A DNA stretch of 58,478 nt from a virus. Its lineage: Duplodnaviria > Caudoviricetes. Shown piece after piece: positions 1-9,024 of this stretch. The notes under the pieces are model-generated. The model worked only from the letters and a program-made list of their open reading frames with translations, did not search any database and was not told the origin of the DNA. A program made the translations under genes and the position numbers. Position 1 is the stretch's first letter. Every line of letters begins with the position of its first letter. The stretch lies in IMG/VR virus record IMGVR_UViG_3300021170_000022, positions 1 through 58,478 of that record; one strand, given 5' to 3'.

Positions 1-294
1 TGGCGCCTCCGACGTGCGATAACACTTCTGCCAAGCTCGCACTGGACGTTCAACCGAGATCATCTTACGGACGTGGCCGCCTCGGATGATCAAGCTAAAG
101 GTCCCAGAAGCCGCCATCGAAATGGCCACATCACGGGTCACACGCTCGACTGCCTGCCCGCGGACGAGCGTAATCAACCGGTCCGCTGATGCAGCTTCGA
201 GGACGACCTGAATATTCTCTGTTACTTTAGACACACGAAAGGGAAGGCGCGAACTCACGCCAGAGGACAGGCACTTTGTTAACCCGGTGGCCAT
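1..294 (-). CDS. hypothetical protein, runs off the left edge of the window
   Basis: Manual translation from the ATG at 294 gives 98 open codons (MATGLTKC...WQKCYRTSEAP) with no stop before position 1; not in the ORF track. Confidence 0.4.
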   Translation of the reverse strand, partial: MATGLTKCLSSGVSSRLPFRVSKVTENIQVVLEAASADRLITLVRGQAVERVTRDVAISMAASGTFSLIIRGGHVRKMISVERPVRAWQKCYRTSEAP

Positions 295-403
295 CCGGAC
301 GCACAAACATTATGCGATCAAAATGTTTGAATTGGCAAGGGAAAACTTGAATAAGTGGAGTGCTGTCTTATATTTACTGACAGTTTCTGGAATATGCTGA
401 TTT

Positions 404-622
404 CTACTGCTTAATCCACACGGGTGCGCCATGCGTCTTGTCGACCTTATATCCGGGACATGCGCCTTTAGTTCTTCCAGTGGCCGGGCAGGCGTGCGTG
501 CGCTTATACGAGCGCATCAGCTCAGCTCGCGGCTCTTCGTCGCGGGCTTGGGCCTTAATGGCCCTCGCTTGAGTAGTAGATACGGACAGAAGTAGCGTAA
601 CCAGCAGCAATAGCTTCGTCAT
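404..622 (-). CDS. small secreted protein, truncated relative of signal-peptide HNH proteins
   Basis: Signal peptide MTKLLLLVTLLLSVSTTQARA; motif HACPATGRTKGACPGYKVD; no following HNH core; GGAGG RBS upstream. Confidence 0.6.
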   Translation of the reverse strand: MTKLLLLVTLLLSVSTTQARAIKAQARDEEPRAELMRSYKRTHACPATGRTKGACPGYKVDKTHGAPVWIKQ

Positions 623-678
623 ATGGCCTCCGAGGATAGTGGTTTCACGCCGCGATTCCTCTCATCAGAACATTCGAA

Positions 679-952
679 GTGACGCAGTGACGGGCTTGAC
701 GCGACATTTGTATAAAGTTACCAATACATAAGAGAGTATCTATTTCTCATATACATAATTGGCGTCACATCGTCACATGTCTTTATAATCAGTTACCTGT
801 AAGATGGTATATTTCATCGATACCGACCATCAAGCTATTCGATATCAATGATTTACATAAAACGTGACGCCACAGTGACGGGGCCTGTCACAAAATGACG
901 TTACTTCGCTGAGAAGCGCAGACACACAAATCCCGTAGCGTCACAGCGTCAC
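679..952. promoter_or_regulatory. putative replication origin (GTGACG iterons flanking AT-rich DNA)
   Basis: GTGACG at 679, 687, 864, 875; CGTCAC at 763, 771, 939, 947; variants at 696, 886, 895; AT-rich spacer 706-760; directly downstream of the primase-helicase. Confidence 0.65.
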
Positions 953-1027
953 GCTTGCCCCACCGAACGCCAACCAGCTTACGATTCCGCGCTCAGAGCC
1001 ACCAGGTCCTAAACGCGCAATCCCGAG

Positions 1028-3553
1028 CTAGTCGTCTCCGAATAGTCTTCTGCCATGACCCGATCGCGCTGCAGCTTCGACCTCCACTTCTATGCCAGTC
1101 CGCAAAGATATGCCCTTCCACGTGCGCATCTGTTTGCCGCTGGCGTCTCGACTCGAACGGCTGTATCCAAACCCCTTGCTGCGCAGCCGTTCCGCGAACG
1201 CCACGCGCCCCAGCGGTCTCATCTCGCGATTCTCCTGACACCACCAGGCGTAGGCATGCGAAAGCAGCGAGCTTCGCACGGATCCCTCGGGATCATCAAC
1301 CTCGCAGCAATCTTCCAGGAAGTCTCGGAGCGGATCATCCGCCTCGCGCCACTCGGCGTTCGCGTCAGCGATCTCCGGGGGCGCCCCCAGGCCGTCAGCT
1401 CGCCACGCTTTGCAGCCACGGACAGCCCACGCTAGGATCCCCGGGAACTCAGCCTCGAGCTTCTCGATAAGCTTCGGATCGAACTCTTCACTGGCACGAT
1501 CGATCTTGATCTCAAACGGAATCGACTTCAGACGTTGCCAGATGGCGTCATCAGTCCCGCGGACCTTCGGCCGGTAATTGCAATCCATGAACAGCTTGTG
1601 CGATTGCTCGAACTCGATCGGGTTTTCGTACTTCCGGCATGTCTTGATCTTCCCCATGCCGGCGGTGATGTACTTGAGCTTTGCTTCCCCGAGCTGGCTA
1701 CCACTCTCGACTTCTGACGTTGTGACGAACCGCGCCCCGCGCAACGACGCCAAATCGGCGCGCATCGCGGCGTCTAGCATCCGGCTCGCCATCAGCGTAT
1801 TGATGTCGATCTGTGCACTATATTCACGCAGCAGGCGCGTGAAGACATTCAGGAGCGTGGTTTTGCCGTTGTCTCCCGACGATCCCCAGAACACGAATAC
1901 GCATTTCTCGCTAACGTCGCCAGTCAGCCCGTAGCCGAATGCCTTTTGCAGAAAAGCCACCAGGCGCGTCGTCTTAACCGTTGGATCGGCTTCAGGATTG
2001 CAATCGCCCATCGCCCACTGAATAAACTTCAGGAACCGCGGGCATTGGGCCTCGGGATCGTAGTCCACATCGCACAACTTGGTGATCAGGTATTCGCGAT
2101 CGTGCGGGACCAGCTCGCCCGTGCGCAGGTCGACCACGCCGTTCCGGCAATTCAGCAGATACTGATGCGCGTCCAATCGATCCGCCGAAATTGGGATCCC
2201 TGGTTCTGACGCCGCGCGATCGAGCGCAGCCATGATCGACGCACGCGACTCCGACGTCCGAGCCCACTTCGATCGCCTCTCGTCGCCAATGGCCTGCAGG
2301 TACAACTCACGCGCCATGATCTTTGCGCGCTGCGTCGCTTCACTCTTTTCGTCGATCGCCCAGCGCTGGCCGTCCCACATCAGCCATTTCTTCATCTCGA
2401 TGCAGTAGCGCATTTCCTTGCCGAACAGCGCCACGATGCGCTCACCATTGCCGGAATCCGTTAGCGGATACCCGAGGAGGTCAGGCTGATGCGGACCAGG
2501 CGCCCGCACCCCGTCTCCCGGCGGAAACGGCATCTGCACGACGTTCGCCCCCGCCGGCTGCGGATCCCCTCGTCCCGATCGCAATAGCCTCAACGCATCA
2601 TCGAAGTCCCCAGCTCGCCAATCCTTCCCGAAGTGCATCCGCAACTTCGTCTTCGCTAGCAGCATCGCCACCGGAGGCAACTTAGCGACGTCGCCGGCAA
2701 GGTTCATGGCGCCTAGCAGATCGTTGCGAGCAATCATCGCGTCGACCGCTTTCTCGATATCGTCCTGCCCGAGCGGCGCTTCTTCTTCACCACTAGGACG
2801 CCGCGGACCAACACCGAAAAGGCCTGGCTTATACTTCGCAGCCGATTCCGCGATCGTCCGGACCTCGGCCTCGTCCAACGGCGGATTACACCGGCCGCCA
2901 TTGAGCACTTTTAGTGACGCGAAAATCTCTTCCGCGGTAAATCCGCGCGCGCGCAGGCCTGCGCCGACACGAAACAGCTTATCGTTACGGCCGCCCTTTG
3001 TGATCTGCTCCGGAATCTGCGTGGGAGCCTGGCGACGTCCTTCCGCTTCCTGGATAAGCGTGAGCAGCCACGCAGGCGCCGGCGCGATCGGCTGCTTCTC
3101 GAATTCATCGAGGCAGTCCCAGCTGTATTCGCGTTTTGTGACTGGATGGATGCTCGGAGGCGCGACAATGTATCCGCCAACACCGCGGATGTCGAGCCCC
3201 GCACCAATCCTAGAGACTGAGTTCTTAACTGGAAATCCCGGCATCGCGAACAGGATATGGCGGCCGCCGCTGCCAGTCAACTGTTGCAATGTGTCGGGAA
3301 TTTTGAGGCCGTACTTATGGCGAAGCGAATCCCAGGTCTCTTCACCGTCCTTGTTCAGGTCAATGTCGAGTACAAAGAATCGGCCGCCCGTGACGACACC
3401 GATGTTCGCCCGTGGCCACTTCTTCCACCAATTTTCGACTTGAGCCGGGTTGATCGATGCCTCGGATAGCCCGTGCTCGACAAGTGGCTCTTTTCCGGAG
3501 CAAGGGAAGACGGGCCAGCCGAGCTTGATGTACCTCTGCGCCCACTCGAGCAT
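1028..3553 (-). CDS. bifunctional primase-polymerase / P4-D5-type SF3 helicase
   Basis: N-terminal Prim-Pol (GWPVFPC, NIGVVTG, LDID, TGSGGRH, DIRGVGGYIVAPPS), PriCT (GGRNDKLF...PPLDEAEV), D5_N (TDSGNGER), Walker A GDNGKTT. Confidence 0.93.
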   Translation of the reverse strand: MLEWAQRYIKLGWPVFPCSGKEPLVEHGLSEASINPAQVENWWKKWPRANIGVVTGGRFFVLDIDLNKDGEETWDSLRHKYGLKIPDTLQQLTGSGGRHILFAMPGFPVKNSVSRIGAGLDIRGVGGYIVAPPSIHPVTKREYSWDCLDEFEKQPIAPAPAWLLTLIQEAEGRRQAPTQIPEQITKGGRNDKLFRVGAGLRARGFTAEEIFASLKVLNGGRCNPPLDEAEVRTIAESAAKYKPGLFGVGPRRPSGEEEAPLGQDDIEKAVDAMIARNDLLGAMNLAGDVAKLPPVAMLLAKTKLRMHFGKDWRAGDFDDALRLLRSGRGDPQPAGANVVQMPFPPGDGVRAPGPHQPDLLGYPLTDSGNGERIVALFGKEMRYCIEMKKWLMWDGQRWAIDEKSEATQRAKIMARELYLQAIGDERRSKWARTSESRASIMAALDRAASEPGIPISADRLDAHQYLLNCRNGVVDLRTGELVPHDREYLITKLCDVDYDPEAQCPRFLKFIQWAMGDCNPEADPTVKTTRLVAFLQKAFGYGLTGDVSEKCVFVFWGSSGDNGKTTLLNVFTRLLREYSAQIDINTLMASRMLDAAMRADLASLRGARFVTTSEVESGSQLGEAKLKYITAGMGKIKTCRKYENPIEFEQSHKLFMDCNYRPKVRGTDDAIWQRLKSIPFEIKIDRASEEFDPKLIEKLEAEFPGILAWAVRGCKAWRADGLGAPPEIADANAEWREADDPLRDFLEDCCEVDDPEGSVRSSLLSHAYAWWCQENREMRPLGRVAFAERLRSKGFGYSRSSRDASGKQMRTWKGISLRTGIEVEVEAAARSGHGRRLFGDD

Positions 3554-3696
3554 CGCTTATAACTGGCCGCCATCCAATTCGTCCGCGCAAAGCCCACCAG
3601 TGTTTCGTTGAGGAATGAAGTAGTCCCGTCGCGGGATCTCCCCGCGCACCATGCTGCTGGGCCGCGCGCGCGCAGATCGGATGGGACAGATGGCTT

Positions 3697-3975
3697 TCAC
3701 CATTCCCCTATAGGTGCCGCGTGCTGCTTGAGAAATTCGCGACCAGCGTCAGTGATCTGGTACAGTCCGCCTAGAAACGAGGGCGCCTCAATCGTCCGAA
3801 AAAGGCCGCGCTGAGCCAGACGCTCGCAGGTGCGATCGGGCGGCGTGTAGTCCTGGTAGCAACCGTCACCTCGGTTGGCCGCCACTTCCAGCGGCCACAT
3901 CTCGTTACTTAGAGTCTCTTCGGGCGTCAAAGGTCCTCGGTACTCAGTCATGATTTCTGGCGTTCTGGATCGCAC
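3697..3975 (-). CDS. hypothetical protein, winged-helix-like C-terminus
   Basis: ERLAQRGL...YQITDAGREFL wing motif. Confidence 0.55.
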   Translation of the reverse strand: MRSRTPEIMTEYRGPLTPEETLSNEMWPLEVAANRGDGCYQDYTPPDRTCERLAQRGLFRTIEAPSFLGGLYQITDAGREFLKQHAAPIGEW

Positions 3976-4156
3976 GTTCCAACTCGTTGGCCGAAACCGT
4001 CACGTTTCTGCCATGAAAGTCTAGAATTACCAATCTGTTATAGATTCGGTGGGCGGAGACGATAAGCTGATCTGCATCGTTCGGCAATCCCTTGACCTCG
4101 GCCCCACTCACCTCAATCGCGTCAAGCCTCGTCTCTATTTTCAACACTGCGCACAC
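3944..4156 (-). CDS. hypothetical protein
   Basis: GGAGG RBS upstream, coupled to the next ORF. Confidence 0.6.
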   Translation of the reverse strand: MCAVLKIETRLDAIEVSGAEVKGLPNDADQLIVSAHRIYNRLVILDFHGRNVTVSANELERAIQNARNHD

Positions 4157-4275
4157 ACCTCCCTTGCTCCTGTAAACAAACTCCCACTTAGGCGCTCAGA
4201 GTCAGCGCCATCCGTCAATGAAAATTTCTGGTGTTAACGCGTCCTATCGCGAGGCAGGCTAAGTGGTTGAAACGT

Positions 4276-4298
4276 TGGTAGCGCTAACGGGAATCGAA
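4276..4298 (-). other. attP core matching a tRNA 3' end (probably tRNA-Glu)
   Basis: The - strand reads TTCGATTCCCGTTAGCGCTACCA (T-loop, acceptor 3' strand, CCA), about 130 bp past the integrase stop; the 5' half of the tRNA is absent. Confidence 0.8.
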
Positions 4299-4426
4299 TA
4301 GTATTCTGCGCTTACTGACCATCACTGTTCCTGCCTAAGTCACTGTTATTATTGCGTACCTTAACTATGTAGCGCTCCAAAACATCTCCATTGGGACCCA
4401 TCGTGTTATCGCGATCCTACCTCCTT

Positions 4427-5632
4427 TCACTGCGTTTTCTCGCTTACCACCGATCGATTCTTCTTCTGGAATTCCTCCCAGAGCCTTGCCGCCTCTGCGT
4501 CCCGCCCTGAGACGACGTGCGAGTAGATCTCCGCCGTTACCTTCACCGACGAATGACCCAGCCTCTTCGACACCACCGGCAGCTCCACACCGGCGGCGAG
4601 CTGGTGTGACGCATTCGAATGCCTGAACGTGTGCAGGCTACCATGAAGCTTCAGCCGCTTCGCTAGCAGCGACACCGCCGATGACACCGAATTCGGTTTC
4701 AGCATCGATCCGTCTTCATTCGCGAAAATGAGATCCAGATCAGCCCGATAGTGTGGCCCAAACTGTCGACGGAACCCTGACTGCCGTTCGCGATGCGCCG
4801 TCAGCGCTGCCATCGTCGACACCGGCAGCGTAAAGACCCGGACACTATCGTCGGTCTTCACCGACTTGACAAACGCGCCCAAAGCCTTCGTCTGACACAG
4901 CGACCTCTCTAGCACCAGCTGATCCCCGACCAGATCCGACCACCGCGCCGCCAGCAACTCACCCCGCCTGGCTCCGGATCCTGCCGCCACTTCCAACAGC
5001 GTCGACAAGCACCACGGACCGCCGGCCGCGCCTACCATCAGATCCTGCTGCGCCGTCGTGAACACGAGCTTCATGCGCTTCTTAGGCACCGGCGGTTCAC
5101 TGTCCGTCGCCGGATTTCGCAGCAGCAATCCCCACTTCACGCCGCGACCCAGTGCGCTCGACACGAAGCCGGCAATATTACGCACCGTCTTCGGCTTTAG
5201 CGGCCGCGCCGCTCTCGTCTTGCGATGATGACCGCCCGACTCGAGCAGCCGAGTCCACTCCCGATTCAAATGCAGAGGGGTAATCTCGTCAATCGGCATA
5301 TCCAACAGCGGCGCCGACAGATAAGGAATCGATTCGCGATATCGCTCCACCGTCTTCGGCGCCAACTTCCTGTCACCATGCTCGACGCAAAACTCTAACA
5401 GCAGCTCGCGCAACGTCCGCGGGATCGCAGCTACCGGCTTAACTTCCGCGAGCGCCGCGGCCGCCTGCTGCACCTCGATCCGCCGCACAGCCTCCGCGTC
5501 CACAGCCTCGCCCTTCGAACTGAATCCCCATTTGACGACCTGGAGTCGCTTCTCGCGCGTCGATCCGGCAGTGCTGAAGTTGTAACCCCAGACCACCGCA
5601 CCCGATTTGTACTTGCGCTTAAATATCGCCAT
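4427..5632 (-). CDS. int: tyrosine integrase
   Basis: Catalytic set R (GARRGE), HTFRH, LGH, Y (TAEIYSH); start chosen at MAIFKRK. Confidence 0.95.
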   Translation of the reverse strand: MAIFKRKYKSGAVVWGYNFSTAGSTREKRLQVVKWGFSSKGEAVDAEAVRRIEVQQAAAALAEVKPVAAIPRTLRELLLEFCVEHGDRKLAPKTVERYRESIPYLSAPLLDMPIDEITPLHLNREWTRLLESGGHHRKTRAARPLKPKTVRNIAGFVSSALGRGVKWGLLLRNPATDSEPPVPKKRMKLVFTTAQQDLMVGAAGGPWCLSTLLEVAAGSGARRGELLAARWSDLVGDQLVLERSLCQTKALGAFVKSVKTDDSVRVFTLPVSTMAALTAHRERQSGFRRQFGPHYRADLDLIFANEDGSMLKPNSVSSAVSLLAKRLKLHGSLHTFRHSNASHQLAAGVELPVVSKRLGHSSVKVTAEIYSHVVSGRDAEAARLWEEFQKKNRSVVSEKTQ

Positions 5633-5642
5633 GAGCAAAATT

Positions 5643-5876
5643 CTACGCGATCGGAGCCGTCTCCGCATCCCGCTCCGTGCCGGCGGAGCCGGCAGTTCCG
5701 GTTCGCATACCATTGGTTTTTTCCCAGGTCTCAAAAGCATGGCGCGTGACCAGCCATTGGCCGCGGCCGCCGACGCGTATAGCGGGGAGCTGGCCAGTTC
5801 TCAACATCGCGTAAACAGAGTCCCGCCCGATCGCCAGGCGCTCCATGATCTCCTTGATTGTCATCCGGCCGCTCAA
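5643..5876 (-). CDS. xis: excisionase-like HTH protein
   Basis: MTIKEIMERLAIGRDSVYAMLRTGQLPAIRVG...WLV, adjacent to int. Confidence 0.85.
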   Translation of the reverse strand: MSGRMTIKEIMERLAIGRDSVYAMLRTGQLPAIRVGGRGQWLVTRHAFETWEKTNGMRTGTAGSAGTERDAETAPIA

Positions 5877-6358
5877 GTTAACACCTCCGGATCCCAATCC
5901 CAAAGCGACAAAGCGCCCTTCGCCGGCATTGGCACGGACAGCTGAACTACATCCTCAAACAGAAAGCCGAAACGCCCAGGGCTATAATCTCCAAATGCTT
6001 TTTCCTGCTCCGTGAACGGACGAACGAATGTCGGAATCATCTCCGTCTCAAGACAGTGGACTATCTTCGCCTCGGCGATGACGCATCCCAGCGGTAACGA
6101 CTTGAGTACGCGCGCGGCTTCCGTCACCCAGGTAGGTTTGGGATCACGATAGAGAAGCTCGGTTTCGTCCGGAAGCCCAAGGGCCTTCACAAATAGAGGC
6201 CCTGAATAACAGAGATCCTTCGCCCACGCGGGGAATGATTTCGCCGCGTGGATCGCGATCGGCCCTCGATACTTCGTGCTCCAGTTCCGCGTTTCAATTC
6301 GCTTCGCCCCGATGGCGACCAGCGTCGCCCATGGCTGTGTGAGTGTAATGGCCTTCAC
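5873..6358 (-). CDS. ASCH domain protein
   Basis: KAITLTQPWATLVAIGAKRIETRNW...RGPIAIHA and KGALSLW. Confidence 0.9.
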   Translation of the reverse strand: MKAITLTQPWATLVAIGAKRIETRNWSTKYRGPIAIHAAKSFPAWAKDLCYSGPLFVKALGLPDETELLYRDPKPTWVTEAARVLKSLPLGCVIAEAKIVHCLETEMIPTFVRPFTEQEKAFGDYSPGRFGFLFEDVVQLSVPMPAKGALSLWDWDPEVLT

Positions 6359-6537
6359 GATCCGCCACCAGCCCATCCGCGCGGAATCCAGCTATCGACC
6401 ATAACCGATTCAGGCACGCGAACCGGCTCGTCCTTGTCCACCTGGCATTGAATGCAATAGCGCGCATCAGGCACGGCTGCTAAGCGCCTGGCTGGGATTT
6501 CTTGGCCACATTTCTGGCAGGCCCGACCCTCAGCCAT
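6355..6537 (-). CDS. TraR/DksA C4 zinc-finger protein
   Basis: CQKCGQEIPARRLAAVPDARYCIQCQ. Confidence 0.85.
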   Translation of the reverse strand: MAEGRACQKCGQEIPARRLAAVPDARYCIQCQVDKDEPVRVPESVMVDSWIPRGWAGGGS

Positions 6538-6808
6538 TCTGACCCTCCAGCGCCATCTCGGCCGCAACCGCCGCGAACATGATCTCATCGACGTCGGTCA
6601 AATCACTGCGGCAATCCGCAAGGATCCTACTCAGCGCGAGCTGTGGACTGCTGCCCACTACTCGCATCGTCACCTTGATCGCCTCCCGATAAGGACCGCA
6701 CAGGCTCTCGAATTTGTCGCCGAAATACGCCCGCGCCAGTTGGAGAGCAGATCGCAGTGCTTCCGAGTGTGTCAGCGATAAAGCCGTGCAGGCGCTAGCC
6801 ATGGACAT
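6530..6808 (-). CDS. hypothetical protein
   Basis: Overlap-coupled ORF in the early operon. Confidence 0.6.
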   Translation of the reverse strand: MSMASACTALSLTHSEALRSALQLARAYFGDKFESLCGPYREAIKVTMRVVGSSPQLALSRILADCRSDLTDVDEIMFAAVAAEMALEGQNG

Positions 6809-7823
6809 TCCCCGCAGTTACCGAAGGAAAAGCTCTCAATTCGCGTCCATCGAGCATCGCTCCGGCGGCCTTCTTACCGACACGCTTCATCGCAGTCGCA
6901 TAGCCCTGGCCGGAATCGACCCTGACTCCATCCGGATCAAAGATGTGCGTTCCCAGGTACTCGCCCCATTGTTTAAAGAAGAATGCAACCCCGGCGCCCG
7001 CGCATTGATCGCGCACATCGCGAAACCACCGCGGACTGGCCGGCCGCGCGCCAGGACCAGACTCACCTCCCGCAATAATCCAATCAAGCTTTCCTGCCCC
7101 GCGTTCAGATAATCGACGATCAGGTAATGAATCCCGCCCCTTCCATGCGGCGGTGTAAAGCCCCCGAAGCGCGTCCACGCAAAGGTCCACCGCGCCGCCG
7201 ATACTGACGTGGCCATACAGTCTGGCAAAATCGACCGGACCTAACGCAGGCTCGTAACTCACGAATCGTACGGCCGCCAGCGTCTGCAGTAGGAACGGAA
7301 TGCGTTTATCCGCCGTAACCTGGTCTTCGACGGAGACACCAAGCCACACGTTCGGCAGCGGCCAAGTGAACCTCCCGCCATCGAAGCGCTCCCATTCCTC
7401 ACGGACGTACGCCTCTATCTCGGCCAAAATGACCAGTAAACGCTCGGCACGCTTGGTCAAAATCTGATAATCGTGCTGCCCGGCTTCAGCCATTACCGAA
7501 AACACGCGCGCAATCTGGCGAACCGACAGAGATTCATGAAACAGATCGCTCATCGAATTGACGAAGACCCGCCGAGGCTTCTTCCATCGCAGCGGCTCCT
7601 CCAGCTTCGATTCGATCAGATCGACTTTCCCCGTCCAAGCCGGGTGACCATTGACCGTCTCGACATAGCCCACAAAGTTTCCCGCCTCAACCGATCCGGG
7701 AATTGCAAATCGTGCTGCTGTACGCTCCGCATAGCAATTCCGGCAGCCCTCGCTCACCCTGGAGCATCCGCGCACTGGATTCCACGTCGCGTCCGTCCAC
7801 TCGATTTTGCTGTTCTGGCCCAT
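6795..7823 (-). CDS. phage Gp37/Gp68 (DUF5131) family protein
   Basis: SKIEWTDATWNPVRGCSRVSEGCRNCYAE, FVNSMSDLFHE, GGESG, FFFKQWG. Confidence 0.92.
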   Translation of the reverse strand: MGQNSKIEWTDATWNPVRGCSRVSEGCRNCYAERTAARFAIPGSVEAGNFVGYVETVNGHPAWTGKVDLIESKLEEPLRWKKPRRVFVNSMSDLFHESLSVRQIARVFSVMAEAGQHDYQILTKRAERLLVILAEIEAYVREEWERFDGGRFTWPLPNVWLGVSVEDQVTADKRIPFLLQTLAAVRFVSYEPALGPVDFARLYGHVSIGGAVDLCVDALRGLYTAAWKGRDSLPDRRLSERGAGKLDWIIAGGESGPGARPASPRWFRDVRDQCAGAGVAFFFKQWGEYLGTHIFDPDGVRVDSGQGYATAMKRVGKKAAGAMLDGRELRAFPSVTAGNVHG

Positions 7824-7981
7824 TAGGTATTGCGCTTTTCGAATTCCTGCACGAACTCCTCTGCCTGATCAAAGCTGCCATTGGGCGCTCCCAAGGTGCG
7901 CAACTGGAACACTAGCGCCACAATTCCGACGATGAACGGTCGCGCCTGGCTGAATACCTGCTTATCGTCTTCGCTCATCAT
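7823..7981 (-). CDS. small hypothetical protein (52 aa)
   Basis: Manual translation MMSEDDKQVF...FEKRNT; fills the gap with overlapping start and stop codons. Confidence 0.5.
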   Translation of the reverse strand: MMSEDDKQVFSQARPFIVGIVALVFQLRTLGAPNGSFDQAEEFVQEFEKRNT

Positions 7982-8178
7982 CTTTCCGCCTCCACTAGCT
8001 CGCGAGCCTTCTTCGCATCCGCTTCCACGCCCAGCTCGATCGTTTCAATCCCGGAGAACACGACAGCCCGATGCTCTTTCCATCTCACGTGCTTCACCTG
8101 TCCGATTAGTTCGTCCCCCACCAGCAGCGAATCCACCAGCGGCCCTACAAACCACCGCACCAGCCCGACGTCAGTCAC
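7978..8178 (-). CDS. hypothetical protein
   Basis: Coupled ORF; GTG start chosen. Confidence 0.5.
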   Translation of the reverse strand: MTDVGLVRWFVGPLVDSLLVGDELIGQVKHVRWKEHRAVVFSGIETIELGVEADAKKARELVEAER

Positions 8179-8467
8179 GATCCCCGGCCTGCGCCCTCTT
8201 CCAGTCCCAATCCGCGGCAACTCGCTTAGGAACGTCCGGAACAGGTTCCTTCTTGTTCTGACACGTACAATCCGTCGAGCCCGTCAAAATATCAATGTCG
8301 AATGCGTCCTCGCCTAGTAGCCTAGCTAGCCTTCGACCTTCCGCTTCAGAATCGACACGCCGCGAACAACTCAGCGGTGGAAGATCCACGCGCTTCTTCA
8401 TCCATGTCAGCCGTACCTCGATCACTTGCCCCGTGTTGCCGCATCGCAAACACCGCGGTGCCGGCAT
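8171..8467 (-). CDS. hypothetical zinc-ribbon protein
   Basis: CLRCGNTG ... CTC. Confidence 0.6.
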   Translation of the reverse strand: MPAPRCLRCGNTGQVIEVRLTWMKKRVDLPPLSCSRRVDSEAEGRRLARLLGEDAFDIDILTGSTDCTCQNKKEPVPDVPKRVAADWDWKRAQAGDRD

Positions 8468-8470
8468 GAT

Positions 8471-8635
8471 TCAAAACCACCACATGTTCGCCAAAACCTT
8501 GGCAAGCCAAAGCAGCATCGCGACCGACAGAAGATAGACTCCCAGCGAGACGGCCGGCCCCATCGCCCGCCTGCCGCGCCTCGGCCGCCGAGCCATTACC
8601 GCCCTTGGAAACCCACCGCTAATTTGGAACACCAT
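8471..8635 (-). CDS. small membrane protein
   Basis: Arg-rich stretch followed by a hydrophobic helix; AGGAGG RBS before MVFQ. Confidence 0.5.
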   Translation of the reverse strand: MVFQISGGFPRAVMARRPRRGRRAMGPAVSLGVYLLSVAMLLWLAKVLANMWWF

Positions 8636-9024
8636 CCGTCCTCCTTTCGCAATTGCGTCTCTTTCAGCAGCGCATCCAGGTAGGTTCCTCCGTTCCACGC
8701 GCGCGCGATCTGTTCCACCGTCATGCATCGCTCCAGCTTTGCTTTCAAGTCGTTTTTCTCGGCCAATCGGCCATCCGCGAGAGTCCGGAATCGTGCGTAA
8801 CCGTTGGCGAGCCGCTGAGCGTTCCTCTGGCCCGCAAAGGCCAGGCAGCCGGGATTATTCCAGCTGACGCAGTTTTCATGCCGCGCAATCGATCGCTCGA
8901 GTCTGGCCAGAATCGCGGGCCGGATGTCGATCGCCACAGGCATGATCGCGGGCCGCGCCGGCGACAATAGCGGCGACGTCGGAATCAGCAGCGCGATCGC
9001 TAACCGGATCACCACGCGGATCAT
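8596..9024 (-). CDS. secreted lysozyme-fold-like protein
   Basis: Signal-like N-terminus; IARHE...NNPGCL-FAGQ...GYARF-T-..G...MTVEQ....W pattern recalled from lysozyme-like phage proteins. Confidence 0.55.
   Translation of the reverse strand: MIRVVIRLAIALLIPTSPLLSPARPAIMPVAIDIRPAILARLERSIARHENCVSWNNPGCLAFAGQRNAQRLANGYARFRTLADGRLAEKNDLKAKLERCMTVEQIARAWNGGTYLDALLKETQLRKEDGWCSKLAVGFQGR

Noticed and set aside
955-3469. Many + strand ORFs over the primase and other - strand genes
   Set aside because: High-GC antisense shadow frames with no family motifs.
4276-4298. tRNA gene
   Set aside because: Only the T-loop to CCA part is present, with no D or anticodon arm upstream; treated as attP.
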